Below, piece after piece: positions 62,285 through 64,000 of a stretch of 64,000 nucleotides of DNA (positions within the stretch are counted from its first letter, which is position 1; the number at the start of each line of letters is the position of its first letter). A program made the position numbers and the translations under genes. Origin of the DNA: a virus (lineage: Duplodnaviria > Heunggongvirae > Uroviricota > Caudoviricetes); the IMG/VR virus record IMGVR_UViG_3300033075_001761; one strand, written 5' to 3'. Below the pieces are notes generated by a model. The model had not been told where the DNA came from, searched no databases, and saw nothing but the letters and a program-made list of their open reading frames with translations.

Positions 62285-64000
62285 TGCCAATTGTTCAGGA
62301 TGGCTTTAGAACATACACAGTTACGGATGAGCAGGATCTTATCCAAGAGCAGCTAAAGTATTTTGATCTATTGTCACCAGAAGAAAAGAGTTACGCGATT
62401 GAGATTATGTCTAGCCTTAATAGGGCCGGAGGGCATGATTGGATTTATTATGCCAGCATGGAAGAGTATGAAAGATATCCGGTTTCTATGGATGAGTTTT
62501 TAACGAACTCTGATTATTTAGGGGAAGTTGGAAGATCTATTTATACACCTTGGAAAAAAGATTTAATCGAGTTATTTGGGTCTAGAAGTTACACAAATGC
62601 TATATTTTTGGGCTCATTAGGGAGCGGCAAGAGTACAATATCAACAATTTGTATACTTAGAATGTTATACGATGCATCGTGCTTAAAAGAGCCAGCATTA
62701 ACATATGGGCTAGCTCCAGGGTCAAATATTACGTTGGCCGTATTAGCTCCCAATGAAAGAGTAGCAAGAGAAACTGTGTTTGAGCAGATGTTTTCAATGA
62801 TGAGGCAGAGCCCATACTTTACAGATGTATTTCCTCCTTTAAACAGGGTTAAAGAAAGATTCAAAAGCAATGGGCTACAGTTCAGAAAGAATCTGAATTT
62901 AATTGCCGGGTCAAGTACGGACTCTTCGATTCTTGGAAAGAACTTGATTGGAGCCTTTATAGATGAATTGAATTTCTTCCAAAAAGAAGCTTTGTCTAGA
63001 AGGCAGCATACAAGAGGAAACAAGTACGGAGCTGATACAAAGGCGGGAAGCCTTTACGATAAGATTATGAGACGTATGAAGTCTCGATTCCTTAAGAACG
63101 GTAAGATGCCAGGAATGCTTATTGCGGCAACATCAAAGGGAACAGAGGAATCTATTGCAGAAAGGATCATTACAGAGGCATTCAAAAAACAGGATACAAA
63201 TTATTTCATAAGAGACAGATCTGTAATCGACCTTAAAAAGGATCAATTTTCTGATAAAAAATTCAAGGTTCTTGTTGGAAACGAAAAGTACAGGTCCAGA
63301 ATTTTAGAAGATAAAGAATATGAGACAACAGAGTGGGAAGATGATGCAAGATTTATAGATATTCCAGAAGATCTAAAGCCAGATTTTGAGGCAGATGTAG
63401 AGCAGTGTTTAACTGGTGATACAAAAATTCCATTATTAGACGGGACTGAAGTTTGTATAAAAGATCTAGTAGGCCGCAATGAGTTCTGGGTTTATTCCTA
63501 TGATACAAATGGTTCCCTTCACTCTGGAAGGGGATACGATGCCAGGTTAACGATAAAAAATGCGCCTATTTACGGAGTTAAACTAGATAGTGGAGAAGTA
63601 ATTAAAGCAACAGCTAATCATCCATTTATGATGAGGGATGGCACGTATAAGAGTGTTAGCGAGCTTCAGCCGAAAGATTCTTTAATGCCTCTTTATCGTA
63701 GGTATACAAGTGCTGGATATGAATTAGTCAAACTAAATACTAGAGGTTCATATGGATGGGTTGCTACGCATAAGATACTAGCCATGAACGGTCTTAATAA
63801 TGGAATAGAGTTTGATAAAAATTCAGTTATTCATCATAAAGACAGAAACGCGAGAAACAATTCTCCTGACAATTTAGAATTAATGACTAGAGATGATCAT
63901 ATAAATGAACATCGAAATGATATGAAGAGCGGAATACATCCTATTCATAGTGTTGAGTCAAAGGATAAATCAACAAAAGCAAGGCGAGAGATGTGGAAAA
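62284..64000 (+). CDS. terminase large subunit-like packaging ATPase, interrupted by an intein. 3' end lies outside the window
   Basis: Open frame from ATG 62284 to the window end (no stop, so absent from the ORF track). Walker A GSLGSGKST, Walker B IGAFIDELNFF, motif III LIAATSKG. The intein begins at Cys after ADVEQ. Confidence 0.5.
   Translation, partial: MPIVQDGFRTYTVTDEQDLIQEQLKYFDLLSPEEKSYAIEIMSSLNRAGGHDWIYYASMEEYERYPVSMDEFLTNSDYLGEVGRSIYTPWKKDLIELFGSRSYTNAIFLGSLGSGKSTISTICILRMLYDASCLKEPALTYGLAPGSNITLAVLAPNERVARETVFEQMFSMMRQSPYFTDVFPPLNRVKERFKSNGLQFRKNLNLIAGSSTDSSILGKNLIGAFIDELNFFQKEALSRRQHTRGNKYGADTKAGSLYDKIMRRMKSRFLKNGKMPGMLIAATSKGTEESIAERIITEAFKKQDTNYFIRDRSVIDLKKDQFSDKKFKVLVGNEKYRSRILEDKEYETTEWEDDARFIDIPEDLKPDFEADVEQCLTGDTKIPLLDGTEVCIKDLVGRNEFWVYSYDTNGSLHSGRGYDARLTIKNAPIYGVKLDSGEVIKATANHPFMMRDGTYKSVSELQPKDSLMPLYRRYTSAGYELVKLNTRGSYGWVATHKILAMNGLNNGIEFDKNSVIHHKDRNARNNSPDNLELMTRDDHINEHRNDMKSGIHPIHSVESKDKSTKARREMWK
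63406..64000 (+). mobile_element. intein (class 1, Cys1) with an embedded HNH homing-endonuclease domain, within the terminase gene. Partial
   Basis: CLTGDTKIPLLDGTEVCIKDLVG (block A), TANHPF (block B, TxxH), and an HNH motif HHKDRNARNNSPDNLELMTRDDHINEH. C-terminal splice junction is not in the window. Confidence 0.55.

Noticed and set aside
1-64000. Integrated prophage or integrative element boundaries (integrase, att sites)
   Set aside because: I saw no tyrosine or serine recombinase, no tRNA and no host-like flanking genes. The whole window is phage-like in composition and content.

Overview
The window looks like one contiguous piece of a large, AT-rich tailed-phage (Caudoviricetes-like) genome. 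Almost all genes sit on the + strand and are tightly packed, many with AGGAG-type ribosome-binding sites. I saw no integrase, CRISPR array, rRNA or convincing tRNA.

Modules, in order:
1. A host-interaction set of secreted or membrane proteins, including two HExxH zinc-protease-like proteins (1-4,550).
2. Virion and tail-fibre genes (4,563-10,527). One fibre carries two canonical phage tail-fibre repeats and the next is extremely glycine-rich.
3. A candidate replication origin (tandem ~30-bp repeats plus nested hairpins with poly-G and poly-C tracts, 11,555-11,820), followed by an initiator-like 806-aa protein, a DnaB-family helicase and a DnaG-type primase.
4. A recombination and repair block: gp32-like SSB, SF2 helicase, RecA, Cas4/RecB-type nuclease and RuvC resolvase (19,275-24,755).
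5. A dTDP-sugar block (RmlD-like, RmlB, RmlA at 26,606-29,552) with no RmlC.
6. A second sugar block (50,909-60,731) with two DegT-family aminotransferases, a NeuD/PglD-type acetyltransferase, a GNAT and GT2/GT-B glycosyltransferases.
7. Inside block 6, a minus-strand insert encoding an Rnl2-type RNA ligase with an N-terminal tRNA-binding OB fold, next to a calcineurin-like metallophosphoesterase (53,464-56,157).
8. A membrane-anchored L,D-transpeptidase (YkuD) + Amidase_3 fusion, a dUTPase, ThyX (minus strand), an HNH homing endonuclease, an AcpS-like phosphopantetheinyl transferase, a Lar-like anti-restriction protein and a small orphan N6-adenine methyltransferase.
9. At the 3' end, a terminase-large-subunit-like ATPase interrupted by an intein that carries an HNH endonuclease. 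It runs off the window.

Structure outside the genes that deserves follow-up:
- A 16-bp palindrome, GTCTAAT-YR-ATTAGAC, occurs at least ten times, mostly at gene boundaries.
- A ~170-bp GCAGGA/GCTGGA hexanucleotide microsatellite is flanked by 30-bp direct repeats that differ only at synonymous positions, and is followed by a GC- and CpG-rich ~400-bp island.
- ATGACTA-type operator palindromes sit upstream of a small wHTH gene.
- A 17-nt poly-T tract lies in an intergenic region.
- A 372-bp gene-free gap has unusually high GC and several hairpins.
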